This document shows positions 53,882 to 63,910 of a DNA stretch of 64,000 nucleotides, one piece after another; position 1 is the first letter of the stretch; every line of letters starts with the position of its first letter. Below the pieces are notes generated by a model, which saw nothing but the letters and a program-made list of their open reading frames with translations, did no database searches and had not been told where the DNA came from. The position numbers were made by a program, and so were the translations under genes. Source of the DNA: an uncultured Thermoleophilia bacterium (GTDB lineage Bacteria > Actinomycetota > Thermoleophilia > Solirubrobacterales > 70-9); the NCBI GenBank assembly GCA_963841715.1, contig CAWJDP010000001.1, positions 340,045 through 404,044 of the forward strand. The letters are read 5' to 3'.

Positions 53882-54818
53882 GCAGTTGACGCTCGACAAC
53901 ACGGTCGCCACTGAGCTGGCCGGCTCCGAGGACGCCGTGCTTCGGGCGCTGGAGGGACACCTGGGTTGCGAGCTCTACCTGCGGGGCAACGTGCTCACCC
54001 TCGACGGCGAGCCCGGCGAGGTGCGATCGGCGGAGACGGTGGTCGGCGAGCTCGTCGAGCTGATCGAGCAGGGACACGAGATCGCGCCGGGGACGATCGA
54101 GGCGGTCACCGGCGCCCTCGACGCTCACGAGAGCCCCGCGGAGATCCTCGATGACGTGATCTGGCGCCACCGGAACACGAAGGTGGCCCCGCGGACGGTG
54201 AACCAGAAGCGCTACGTCGACTCGATCCGTGAGCACACGGTGACGTTCGGGATCGGCCCGGCGGGGACGGGGAAGACCTTCCTCGCCGTCGCGATGGCGG
54301 TCGCCGCGCTCGACTCGCGCCAGGTCAACCGCGTCATCCTCACCCGGCCCGCGGTCGAGGCGGGCGAGCGGCTCGGCTTCCTCCCTGGGGACATCCAGGC
54401 GAAGGTCGATCCGTACCTGCGCCCACTGTTCGACGCCCTTCTCGACATGCTCGACCCGGACCGCGTCAACACCTACTTCGACCGCGGCGTGATCGAGGTC
54501 GCGCCGCTTGCGTTCATGCGCGGCCGCTCGCTGAATGACTCCTTCGTGATCCTCGACGAGGCGCAGAACACGAGCCCGGAGCAGATGAAGATGTTCCTGA
54601 CCAGGCTCGGGTTCGGATCGCGGATGGTCGTCACCGGCGACGTGACGCAGATCGACCTCCCGCGCGACCAGCGCTCGGGGCTCGTGATCGTCGGCGAGAT
54701 CCTGCGCGAGGTCCAGGACATCTCGTTCGTCCGCTTCGGCGGTGACGACGTCGTCCGCCACAAGCTCGTGCAGCGGATCGTCGAGGCGTACGGAACCTAC
54801 GAGCGCGACGGCGATTGA
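53871..54818 (+). CDS. phoH: PhoH-like ATPase
   Basis: Walker A is GPAGTGKTFLAVA. The PhoH signature LDEAQNTSPEQMKMFLTRLG is present. Precedes ybeY. Confidence 0.93.
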   Translation: MARRQLTLDNTVATELAGSEDAVLRALEGHLGCELYLRGNVLTLDGEPGEVRSAETVVGELVELIEQGHEIAPGTIEAVTGALDAHESPAEILDDVIWRHRNTKVAPRTVNQKRYVDSIREHTVTFGIGPAGTGKTFLAVAMAVAALDSRQVNRVILTRPAVEAGERLGFLPGDIQAKVDPYLRPLFDALLDMLDPDRVNTYFDRGVIEVAPLAFMRGRSLNDSFVILDEAQNTSPEQMKMFLTRLGFGSRMVVTGDVTQIDLPRDQRSGLVIVGEILREVQDISFVRFGGDDVVRHKLVQRIVEAYGTYERDGD

Positions 54819-55222
54819 GCCTCGACCTCGCCGACGTGCCCGACGAGCTTCGCGACCCGGCGCGCGCCGCGCTGAACGCCGCCGGCGTCGACGCGGGGCA
54901 CCTCTCGATCGAGTTCGTCAGCGAGGAGCGGATTTGCGAGCTCAACCGCGACCACCGTGGACGCGACCGGCCGACCGACGTGCTCGCATTCCCGATCGAC
55001 GGGGCGGGCGAGGAGGTCGGGCCGCGCGAGCTCGGCGACGTCGTCATCTGCCCCGAGCATTCCTCCGACGTCCGCGAGGCTGCCGTCCACGGCGTGCTGC
55101 ACCTGTGCGGGTATGACCACGAGCGCGACGACGGCGAGATGCTCGCGCTTCAGGACGAGATCATGCAGGATCTCAGTGACCCGGCTGAACCGGACGCGAA
55201 GCCGAGGATTCAGCCGGAATGA
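54815..55222 (+). CDS. ybeY: rRNA maturation endoribonuclease YbeY
   Basis: Zinc motif HGVLHLCGYDH. The TTG start overlaps the phoH stop. Confidence 0.9.
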   Translation: MSLDLADVPDELRDPARAALNAAGVDAGHLSIEFVSEERICELNRDHRGRDRPTDVLAFPIDGAGEEVGPRELGDVVICPEHSSDVREAAVHGVLHLCGYDHERDDGEMLALQDEIMQDLSDPAEPDAKPRIQPE

Positions 55223-55688
55223 CTGGGTCCCCCTCGTGGACGACCCCGCCCGTGACGACGCGGCCACGCACCCCGGCGCGCCGCGCGAGGGGCTTGAGCA
55301 GCGGCTTTCCGGCCAGCTCCTGGAGGTGCCGGCACGGCGGGTTCGGCTCCAGCGGCTCGACCTCCACCTTGCCGAGCCGCAGCGTCTGCCCGACGAGCTC
55401 GCCGAGTCGCACTCCCGCGGTGACGATGTTGCGGCGTGTGTCCTCGAGCTCGATCTTGATCCCTGACTCGGCGACGGCCGCCTCGACCGCCTCGGACTCG
55501 ATCAGCGTGACCTCGTCCGCCGGCTCACCGCCCTCCGCGGGCTGAAAGTAACGGTCGCCCTCGAGGCCGCGGCCGGCGACGGCCCTGACTTCAGCCACGC
55601 GCTGCATCGGCCGCCCAGGCTCCGCCCCGACGTAGATGCCGACGACTCGACCGTCGCTCAAGCCGCTCGTCTCCTCCGCTCGGACCAC
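55173..55688 (-). CDS. MOSC-domain protein
   Basis: The pattern GRGLEGDRYF...TLIESEAVE...TRRNIVTAG...PCRHLQEL is typical of MOSC. The start is GTG 55688 or 55700. The 3' end overlaps ybeY convergently by 50 nt. Confidence 0.75.
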   Translation of the reverse strand: MVRAEETSGLSDGRVVGIYVGAEPGRPMQRVAEVRAVAGRGLEGDRYFQPAEGGEPADEVTLIESEAVEAAVAESGIKIELEDTRRNIVTAGVRLGELVGQTLRLGKVEVEPLEPNPPCRHLQELAGKPLLKPLARRAGVRGRVVTGGVVHEGDPVIPAESSASRPVQPGH

Positions 55689-55711
55689 GCGTACCGGCAC
55701 ACTACGGGAAG

Positions 55712-56173
55712 GTGAGCGGCGAGCGAACGATTCGGCCGGCGCGCGAGGACGAGGTGAGCGCTGTGCTCGACATGTACGAGTGGCTGTTTGCGCCGCCGGG
55801 TTCGAAGCCGTCGAGCTGGGACCGAGGCCACGCATCGAAGGCGCTGCTCGCGGCAATCGAGGGCGACGACTCGACGGTGTTCGTCGACGAGCGCGGTGGC
55901 GGTCTCGCCGGCTTCTGCACCGCCTACATCGACCTCGACTCGGTCCGCTTCGGCGTCCGCTGCTGGGTCGAAGACCTTGCCGTCGATCCTTCGAGCCGCT
56001 CCGAGGGGATCGGCGCGCGCCTGCTCGCGGCCGCGCGCGAGTGGGCCGCCGGTCGCGGCGCCACCCACCTCGAGCTCGACAGCAGCGAGGCGAGGCGCGA
56101 CGCGCACCGCTTCTACGAGCGGGAGGGTGGGGGAAATCGCTCGATCTCGTTCACCTGGGAGCTGGACCGGTAG
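55712..56173 (+). CDS. GNAT-family N-acetyltransferase
   Basis: 153 aa with acetyl-CoA motif A (EDLAVDPSSRSEGIGARLLAAA) and C-terminal AHRFYEREG. Confidence 0.85.
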   Translation: MSGERTIRPAREDEVSAVLDMYEWLFAPPGSKPSSWDRGHASKALLAAIEGDDSTVFVDERGGGLAGFCTAYIDLDSVRFGVRCWVEDLAVDPSSRSEGIGARLLAAAREWAAGRGATHLELDSSEARRDAHRFYEREGGGNRSISFTWELDR

Positions 56174-57069
56174 CCGGGCGCGCCGGCATCGTCGGCCTAG
56201 CCGGGCGCCCCAACGTCGGCAAGTCGACGCTGGTCAACGCGATCGTCGGGGCAAAGGTCGCGATCGTCTCCGACCGCCCGCAGACGACGCGGCGTGCGGT
56301 CCGCGGTGTCGCAACCGCGTTCGACGGCGGCTGGCAGATCGTGCTCGTCGACCTGCCCGGAGTGCAGCGCCCGCGCGACGCGCTGACCGGGCGGATGCAG
56401 TCACGGGTCGAGCACGAGCTCGCCGACGCCGACGCGGTCCTGCTCGTGCTCGACGGCGAGCAGGGGGTGGGGCCGGGGGACCGCTTCATCGCCAGGTCGA
56501 TGCTCGACGCCGGCGAGGCCCCCGCGCCCGTCGTCTGCGCTGTGAACAAGATCGACCGGCTCGGCAAGCCGGCGATCACTGAGGCGCTTGCCGCCGCGGA
56601 GGAGCTCGATGTCGCCGACGAGATCGTCCCCGTCAGCGCGCGCACCGGTACCGGGGTGGAGGAGCTGACCGATCTCCTCGGAGCGCTGATGCCCGAGGGG
56701 CCGCCGCTGCACCCGCCCGGCGACCGCAGCGACCTCACCCGCGAGGTGATGGCCGCGGAGCTGATCCGCGAGCAGGTCCTGCGGCGCACGCGCGAGGAGG
56801 TCCCGCATGCGGTCGAGGTCGCTGTCCAGAGCCTCTCGGTTCGGGACGACGGCCTGGTCGAAGTCATCGCCGAGATCTGGGTCGAGGCCGACTCCCAGAA
56901 GGGGATCGTCGTCGGCAAGGGCGGTCGGATGATCCGCGAGATCGGGACCGCCGCGCGCAAGGAGCTCGAACGCGAGCTCGTCGCCCGGGTCTTCCTCGAT
57001 CTCCAGGTCAAGGTGCGCTCGCGCTGGCGCCGCGACGACGGGCTCCTCGACCGGCTCGGATACGACTGA
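56155..57069 (+). CDS. era: GTPase Era (start codon unresolved; CTG 56155 proposed)
   Basis: G1 GRPNVGKSTLVNA, G3 DLPG, G4 NKID and a KH domain (VVGKGGRMIREIG). The only canonical in-frame start is GTG 56041, deep inside the GNAT gene, in a stretch whose GC3 favours the GNAT frame. Confidence 0.85.
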   Translation: MGAGPVAGRAGIVGLAGRPNVGKSTLVNAIVGAKVAIVSDRPQTTRRAVRGVATAFDGGWQIVLVDLPGVQRPRDALTGRMQSRVEHELADADAVLLVLDGEQGVGPGDRFIARSMLDAGEAPAPVVCAVNKIDRLGKPAITEALAAAEELDVADEIVPVSARTGTGVEELTDLLGALMPEGPPLHPPGDRSDLTREVMAAELIREQVLRRTREEVPHAVEVAVQSLSVRDDGLVEVIAEIWVEADSQKGIVVGKGGRMIREIGTAARKELERELVARVFLDLQVKVRSRWRRDDGLLDRLGYD

Positions 57070-57106
57070 TCGGGCACCGGTGTGCGGGGCGGCCGGGGGC
57101 GACTCC

Positions 57107-57112
57107 TAATAT
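57107..57112 (+). promoter_or_regulatory. Possible -10 box (TAATAT) exactly 7 nt before ATG 57120 (leaderless type)
   Basis: ctcctaatat-gcctgca-ATG. Confidence 0.35.
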
Positions 57113-57119
57113 GCCTGCA

Positions 57120-57767
57120 ATGACGGAGGCGATTCATTTCGACGAAACCGGCCTCGTGCCCTGCGTGATGCAGGATTGGCGCACGGGCGAGGTGTTGACC
57201 CTCGCGTACATGAACCGCGAGGCGCTCGAGCGCACCCGCGAGACGGGGGAGATGCACTTCTACAGTCGCCGCAGGCGCGAGATCTGGCACAAGGGCGAGA
57301 CGTCGGGGAATGTCCAGCGCGTGCGTCAGATCCGCTACGACTGCGACGGCGACGCGCTCGTCGCGCTTGTCGAGCCCGCGGGAGCGGCGTGCCACACCGG
57401 GGAGCGCTCGTGCTTCTACCGCGACCTCGAAGGAACGGCGGACGCGACCGTCGACGCGCCGGCGGTCCCGGGCGAGCCCGAGCCGGCTACTCACGAGGCG
57501 CTGGCGGAGCTCGAGCGCACGCTGCTCGCCCGTCAGCGCGAGCGCCCCGATGGCTCGTACACGGTCGCGCTGCTCGACGATCCGCCGAGGATCGGCGCCA
57601 AGGTCCGCGAGGAGGCCGAGGAGGTCTCGCGCGCGGCGCGCACGGAGTCGGAGGAGCGTGTCGCCGAGGAGGCCGCCGACGTCCTCTATCACCTGCACGT
57701 GTTGATGCTGTCGCGCGGGGTGTCGATGGCCGTCGCCCTGGAGATGCTGAATGGCCGTCGCCGCTGA
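57120..57767 (+). CDS. hisIE: Bifunctional phosphoribosyl-AMP cyclohydrolase / phosphoribosyl-ATP pyrophosphatase
   Basis: HisI part: LVPCVMQD...HFYSRRRREIWHKGETSGN...CHTGERSCFY. HisE part: SYTVALL...EEAEEV...EEAADVLYHLHVLM. The alternative ATG 57111 is three codons upstream. Confidence 0.92.
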   Translation: MTEAIHFDETGLVPCVMQDWRTGEVLTLAYMNREALERTRETGEMHFYSRRRREIWHKGETSGNVQRVRQIRYDCDGDALVALVEPAGAACHTGERSCFYRDLEGTADATVDAPAVPGEPEPATHEALAELERTLLARQRERPDGSYTVALLDDPPRIGAKVREEAEEVSRAARTESEERVAEEAADVLYHLHVLMLSRGVSMAVALEMLNGRRR

Positions 57768-59314
57768 TCCCGACCTCAGGCTCGAGCCGGACCTCGAGCG
57801 CGCGCGCGAGCTCGCGCGCGACTCGAACCTGATCCCGGTCGCGTACCGGTTCGTCGACGACACCGAGACGCCGGTGTCGGCGTTCCTGAAGCTGCGCGGC
57901 TCGGGCCCTGCGTTCCTGCTCGAGTCCGCCGAGCAGGGTCGGCTTGGTCGCTACTCGTTCCTCGGTTTTCGCCCGCGCGCGGTCCTGCGATGGTCCGACA
58001 GCCTGCTCTCAGAGTGGACGGGCGCGGAGCTGGCGACCGCCGGCGCGGCGGGCGAGTGGGGCGATCCGACCACGGCGCGGCCGGCGCGTGATCCCTACAC
58101 GGCGGTCGCCGAGTATCTCGACCGGTTCAAGATCGCGCCGGTCGACGGGCTGCCGCCGTTCGCGGGCGGCGCGGTCGGGTTCTTCGGCTACGACCTCGTT
58201 CGCACCGTGGAGCCGCTCGGCGAGCCGAATCCAGACCCGCTCGGGCTCCCGGACATGGTGCTGATGATCAGCGACGTCCTCGTTGCCTTCGACCACCAGC
58301 GACACGAGCTGACGCTGCTCGCGAACGCGTTCGTCGACGATGGCGACGAGGTCGACGCCGCCTACTCGCGCGCGGCCGAGGCGATCGAGGACGTCCGCGA
58401 GCGCCTGCGCCAGCCGGTCCCTCGTCTCACCCGCAACCCCGTCGAGGCGGAAGCGGGAGCGGAGCAGTCGGCGGGCTTTGTCTCCAACATGACGCGGGAG
58501 GAGTTCGAGGCCAAAGTCAGCCAGATCATCGAGTACGTCCACGCCGGCGATGCGTTTCAGGTCGTGCCCTCGCAGCGCTTCTCGGCCCCCTGTCCGGTCG
58601 AGGCGTTCTCGATCTATCGGGGCCTGCGGACGATCAATCCCTCCCCGTACATGTACTTCCTCGATTTTGGCGACTTCGAGATCGCGGGCGCCTCGCCCGA
58701 GCCGCTAGTCAAGGTCACGGGGCGGACGGTCGAGACGCGCCCGATCGCGGGCACGTATCCCGCGCGGCGAGAACGAGGAGGAGGATCGCCGCCAGGCGGA
58801 GGCGCTGCTCGCCGATCCCAAGGAGCGCGCCGAGCACGTGATGCTCGTCGACCTCGGCCGCAACGACCTCGGGCGCGTGTCCGAGTACGGCTCGGTCAGC
58901 GTCGACGAGCTGATGGTCGTCGAGACCTACTCGCACGTCCTTCACATCGTCAGCCAGGTCTCGGGCCGCCTGCGCGACGGGATCACGGCGATGGACGCGC
59001 TGCGCGCGACGCTGCCGGCGGGGACGCTGTCGGGAGCGCCGAAGGTGCGCGCGATGCAGATCATCGACGAGCTCGAGCCGCACAAGCGCTGCTCGTACGG
59101 AGGGGCGATCGGCTACCTCTCGTACACGGGCGATCTCGACACGGCGATACACATTCGGACCGTCGTCGTCAAGGATGGGGTCGTCCACGTGCAGGCGGGG
59201 GCCGGGACGGTGGCGGACGCGAAGCCCGACTACGAATATCGAGAGTCGGTGAACAAGGCGCAGGCGGTGTTCCGCGCAGTCGAGCTCGCGGTCGAGCAAC
59301 CGGAGTGGCCATGA
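57751..59314 (+). pseudogene. trpE: Anthranilate synthase component I, interrupted by one frame break near 58756-58761
   Basis: Frame 1 carries TrpE up to ...[16 protein letters not shown](Y). Frame 2 carries (I)[40 protein letters not shown]...[15 protein letters not shown]...GGAIGYL... to the stop at 59314. Confidence 0.8.
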
Positions 59315-59384
59315 AGCAACAAACACCCACCTGCTACTCGCTTCGCAATCGGGGGCTGCGCCCCCTCTGCTCAGCGCCCAGATC

Positions 59385-59945
<561 letters not shown>

Positions 59946-59954
59946 GACCGGCCG

Positions 59955-60977
59955 ATGACCAACGACATCCTCACCCGCGCGATCGAAGAGCTGTGCTCCG
60001 GGACCCACCTCACGGCGGACCACACCTCGGCCGTGCTCAGCGAGATCATGGAGGGCCGCGCGGGCGAGGTCCAGACCGGGGCGTTTCTGATCGCGCTGCG
60101 CGCCAAGGGCGAGACGGTTCCCGAGCTCGTCGGGCTGGCGCGGACGATGCGCGAGCTCGCGGCCCCGGTCGACGTCGACCGCGACGCGCTCGTCGACACC
60201 GCAGGCACCGGTGGGGGGCCCACGACGTTCAACGTCTCGACGACGGCCGCGCTGATCGCGGCGGGCGCAGGCTGTGCCGTCGCCAAACACGGCAACCGCT
60301 CGGCGACGAGCAAGTCGGGCTCGGCCGACGTGCTCGAGGCGCTTGGCGTCAACATCGAGCTCGGCCCGGACGAGGTCGCGCGCTGTATCGACGAGGTCGG
60401 GTTCGGGTTCATGTTCGCGCCGCGCCATCACGCTGCGACGAAGCACGTCGTCCCGGTCCGCAAGGAGCTTGCCGTGCGGACGATCTTCAACTTCCTCGGG
60501 CCGCTCACCAACCCTGCCGGCGCGCGCCGCCAGCTGCTCGGCGTCTCCGGCCGCGTCTACCAGGAGACGATCGCCGAGGCGCTCGTCGGCCTCGGCTGCG
60601 AGCGCGCCTTCGTTGTCTCCTCCGACGACGGGATCGACGAGCTCGGCGTCAGCGACCGCACGCGGGTGATCGAGGTCAGCGACGGAGGGACCGAGGAGTG
60701 GTTCGTGGGCCCCGAGGACCTCGGGCTCGCGCAGGCGCCGCTCGAGGCCGTCGCGGGGGGCACGCCGGAGGAGAACGCCGCCGTGACGCGCGCCGTCCTC
60801 GCCGGCGAGCCGGGACCGGCGCTCGACGTCTCGCTCCTCAACGCTGGCGCTGCGATCACGGTCGCCGGCGGCGCGGACGACCTCGCCGGGGGCGTCGAGC
60901 GCGCCCGCGAGGCGGTCGACTCGGGCGCCGCGACGGGCGTCCTCGACCGTCTGGTCGAGCTCACGACTAGCCTTTGA
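59955..60977 (+). CDS. trpD: Anthranilate phosphoribosyltransferase
   Basis: Motifs DTAGTGGG and KHGNRSATSKSGSADVLEALG are present. Confidence 0.95.
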   Translation: MTNDILTRAIEELCSGTHLTADHTSAVLSEIMEGRAGEVQTGAFLIALRAKGETVPELVGLARTMRELAAPVDVDRDALVDTAGTGGGPTTFNVSTTAALIAAGAGCAVAKHGNRSATSKSGSADVLEALGVNIELGPDEVARCIDEVGFGFMFAPRHHAATKHVVPVRKELAVRTIFNFLGPLTNPAGARRQLLGVSGRVYQETIAEALVGLGCERAFVVSSDDGIDELGVSDRTRVIEVSDGGTEEWFVGPEDLGLAQAPLEAVAGGTPEENAAVTRAVLAGEPGPALDVSLLNAGAAITVAGGADDLAGGVERAREAVDSGAATGVLDRLVELTTSL

Positions 60978-61047
60978 GAATCAAATCGCCATTCGCCAGT
61001 CGCCTCACACCCGGCGGGCTTCGCCCGATGTTCGGCGCCAAAATCAG

Positions 61048-61851
61048 ATGAGCAACCTCGATCAGCTTGTCGCCGCCGCCCGCGACACCGTCGAGCGGCG
61101 CCGCTCAGCCGTTTCGCAGCGAGACCTCGAGGGCCAGCTCGTCGAGCGCGGCGAGGACCGCCCGTTCAGTGAGGCGCTGGTCCGACCCGGCCTGTCGCTC
61201 GTCGCCGAGTTCAAGCGCCGCTCGCCGTCGGCCGGCGACATCGACGGCGCGGCCGACATCCCCGCGGTCGTCCCCGCGTACGAGCGCGGCGGCGCCGCGG
61301 CGCTCTCGATCCTGACGGAGGAGCGCCATTTCGGCGGCTCGCTGGAGGACCTGAACGCCGCGCGCGATTCCTCTGACCTGCCGATTCTCCGCAAGGACTT
61401 CACCGTCGATCCGTACCAGCTCTATGAGGCCGCGGTCAGCGGCGCCGACGCGGTGCTGCTGATCGTCGCCGCGCTCGACGACGCCGCGCTGGCGTCGCTC
61501 CACGAAGAGGCGCGCGGCCTCGACCTCGACTGCCTCGTCGAGGTCCACGACGAGGACGAGCTCGATCGCGCGCTCGAGCTCGAGGCGGAGGTGATCGGGA
61601 TCAACAACCGCAACCTCCGCAACCTCAGCGTCGACGTCGAGACGACGGCCGAGCTGATCACCGACGTCCCGGCCGGCAAGACCGTGGTCTCCGAGAGCGG
61701 GTATCGGAGCCGCGAGCAGCTCGAGGAGCTCGCCCGGATCGGTGTCGACGCGGTGCTCGTCGGCGAGGTGTTGATGCGATCGGGCGATCCCGAGCGCGCG
61801 GTTCGCCGCCTGACGGGCGGCGAAGAGACGACGCGCGAGCACTACCTATAG
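61048..61851 (+). CDS. trpC: Indole-3-glycerol phosphate synthase
   Basis: Motifs LVAEFKRRSPSAG, ILRKDF, GINNRNL and ESG are present. Confidence 0.94.
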   Translation: MSNLDQLVAAARDTVERRRSAVSQRDLEGQLVERGEDRPFSEALVRPGLSLVAEFKRRSPSAGDIDGAADIPAVVPAYERGGAAALSILTEERHFGGSLEDLNAARDSSDLPILRKDFTVDPYQLYEAAVSGADAVLLIVAALDDAALASLHEEARGLDLDCLVEVHDEDELDRALELEAEVIGINNRNLRNLSVDVETTAELITDVPAGKTVVSESGYRSREQLEELARIGVDAVLVGEVLMRSGDPERAVRRLTGGEETTREHYL

Positions 61852-61950
61852 CCGCGATCCGGGCGCGAATCGGGCGCCGCGGACGCGGTTTTAGGGTCCT
61901 TTAACCGCCGCTTTAGGGGCGGTTTCCCGCCGTCGGACACACTGCCCCGC

Positions 61951-63177
61951 GTGCAGACGGTGAAGCGATTCGCATCGACCCCTTTTGGCGCCGGCGTGTT
62001 CGGCGGGCTCGTCGTTGCCGCGTTCGGGGCGATCGCGATCGCCGCCGGCTGGATCGACAACGGCGACGGTGACGGCGTCGCCCCGATTGCGCAGGCGCCG
62101 CTCGCGCGCCCGAGCTCCGCATCGACGACCTCGTCGAAGGGCGACACGGTCAATCAGATCTACAGGCAGGACTCTCCCGGGGTCGCCTTCATCCAGTCGC
62201 AGATCAAGCAGCAGGCCTCGCCGTTCGGCGGCGCGCAGAGCGGGACCGCGACCGGCTCCGGGCTCGTGATCGACGGCGACGGCCACATCCTGACCAACAA
62301 TCACGTCGTCCAGGGCGGCAGCGGGATCACGGTCAAGCTTGGCGACGGCGCACCCGTCCACGCGAAGGTGGTCGGGCAGGATCCCTCAAGCGATCTCGCG
62401 CTGCTCCAGATCGACCCCAGCGGTCAGAACCTCCATCCGCTTCCGCTCGACGACTCCTCGAACGTCCAGGTCGGCGACCCAGTGGTCGCGATCGGGAACC
62501 CGTTCGGCCTCGACCGCACGGCGACGTCGGGAATCGTCTCCGCGCTCCAGCGTGAGATCAAGGCGCCGAACGGGTTCGAGATCAGTGACGTGATCCAGAC
62601 CGACGCGCCGATCAACCCCGGGAACTCGGGCGGCCCGCTGCTCGACTCGAGCGGCAAGGTGATCGGCATCAACTCGCAGATCGAGACTGGCGGCAGCGGC
62701 GGCGGCTCGGTCGGGATCGGCTTCGCGATCCCGAGCAACACCGCCCACGACGTCGTCCAGCAGCTGCTCCAGAACGGCAGCGTCCAGCACGCCTACCTCG
62801 GCGTCTCCGGCGCGGACCTGACTCCGCAGATCGCCGATGTGCTCAACCTGGGCGTCAAGCAGGGCGCGCTGGTGCAGCAGGTCGTCCCGGGCAGCCCGGC
62901 GGCGAAGGCGGGAGTCAAGGGCGGCAAGACGCAGGTATCGGTGGCCGGCCAGCAGATCTCGGCCGGGGGGGATGTCATCACTGCGGTCGACGGCAAGCCC
63001 GTCACCGGAATGGACGATGTGATCTCGGCGGTGAACCTGAAGCACCCCGGAGATCAGGTCAAGCTCACGCTCGTGAACGGCGGTAACACCCGCGACGTCA
63101 CGGTCACGCTGGGGACCCGCCCCGCGCACGCGAAGCCGACCTCGGGCCAGCAGCAGCAGGTCCCGGGCCTTCCGTAG
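61951..63177 (+). CDS. HtrA/DegP-family serine protease (trypsin domain plus one PDZ)
   Basis: N-terminal TM segment. Catalytic triad contexts are TNNHVV, SDLALL and GNSGGPL. The PDZ domain contains GALVQQVVPGSPAAKAG. GTG start at 61951 or 61960. Confidence 0.9.
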   Translation: MQTVKRFASTPFGAGVFGGLVVAAFGAIAIAAGWIDNGDGDGVAPIAQAPLARPSSASTTSSKGDTVNQIYRQDSPGVAFIQSQIKQQASPFGGAQSGTATGSGLVIDGDGHILTNNHVVQGGSGITVKLGDGAPVHAKVVGQDPSSDLALLQIDPSGQNLHPLPLDDSSNVQVGDPVVAIGNPFGLDRTATSGIVSALQREIKAPNGFEISDVIQTDAPINPGNSGGPLLDSSGKVIGINSQIETGGSGGGSVGIGFAIPSNTAHDVVQQLLQNGSVQHAYLGVSGADLTPQIADVLNLGVKQGALVQQVVPGSPAAKAGVKGGKTQVSVAGQQISAGGDVITAVDGKPVTGMDDVISAVNLKHPGDQVKLTLVNGGNTRDVTVTLGTRPAHAKPTSGQQQQVPGLP

Positions 63178-63259
63178 CGCCCAGCTCGGCGCAGCGGCGG
63201 GGGTTGCCCGCGGGCACGATGTCGCGGGCGGACGCGGGGGGTTGTGCCAACCTTTGGAC

Positions 63260-63904
63260 ATGACCCGGATCAAGGTCTGCGGCATCACCTCGCGCGACGA
63301 CGCCGAGCAGGCGGTCGAGCTCGGGGCCTGGGCGATCGGCCTCAACCACCATCCCGAGAGCCCGAGGCGCTGCGCGCCCGACGCCGCGATCGAGATCGGC
63401 GCGGCGCTGAAGCGGCGCTGCGAGGTCGCCGGGGTGTTTGTCAACCCGACGCTCGAGCAGGTCGCCCGCGCCGCCGACGACGAGCAGCTGACCCTGGTCC
63501 AGCTTCACGGCGACGAGGGCCCGGCGTTCTGCGCCGAGGTCGCGCGGCGAACGGGGTGCAGGGTGATCAAGGCGCTGAGGGTGCGGAGCGCCGCCGACGT
63601 CCAGACGGCGCAGACGTACCGAACGGACTATCAGCTGCTCGACGCGTACCGGCCGGGAACGCCTGGCGGGACGGGCGAGAGCTTCGATTGGGAGCTTGCG
63701 GCCGAGCGGCGCTCGGATGTGCCGTTGATCCTCGCCGGGGGACTGTGCCCGGACAACGTCGGTGACGCGATCGCCGTCGCCCATCCGTTCGCGGTCGACG
63801 TCGCGAGCGGGATCGAGGCCGCGCCCGGGCGCAAGGACCCCGCGCTCGTCGCGGCGCTGTTCGAGGCCGTTCGCGGCGCGACCGCAGCCGAGCCAGCGGC
63901 ATAG
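63260..63904 (+). CDS. trpF: Phosphoribosylanthranilate isomerase
   Basis: Start is ATG 63260 (MTRIKVCGITSRDDA...). VQLHGDE and the C-terminal DVASGIE are present. Confidence 0.9.
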   Translation: MTRIKVCGITSRDDAEQAVELGAWAIGLNHHPESPRRCAPDAAIEIGAALKRRCEVAGVFVNPTLEQVARAADDEQLTLVQLHGDEGPAFCAEVARRTGCRVIKALRVRSAADVQTAQTYRTDYQLLDAYRPGTPGGTGESFDWELAAERRSDVPLILAGGLCPDNVGDAIAVAHPFAVDVASGIEAAPGRKDPALVAALFEAVRGATAAEPAA

Positions 63905-63910
63905 AGCTTG

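Noticed and set aside
57600-57770. A Trp-codon leader peptide or attenuator upstream of trpE.
   Set aside because: trpE starts inside the 3' end of hisIE (a 17-nt overlap), so there is no leader region. The small GGGGGC-tgc-GCCCCC hairpin at about 59352-59366 between trpE and trpG lacks a U-tract and any alternative pairing.
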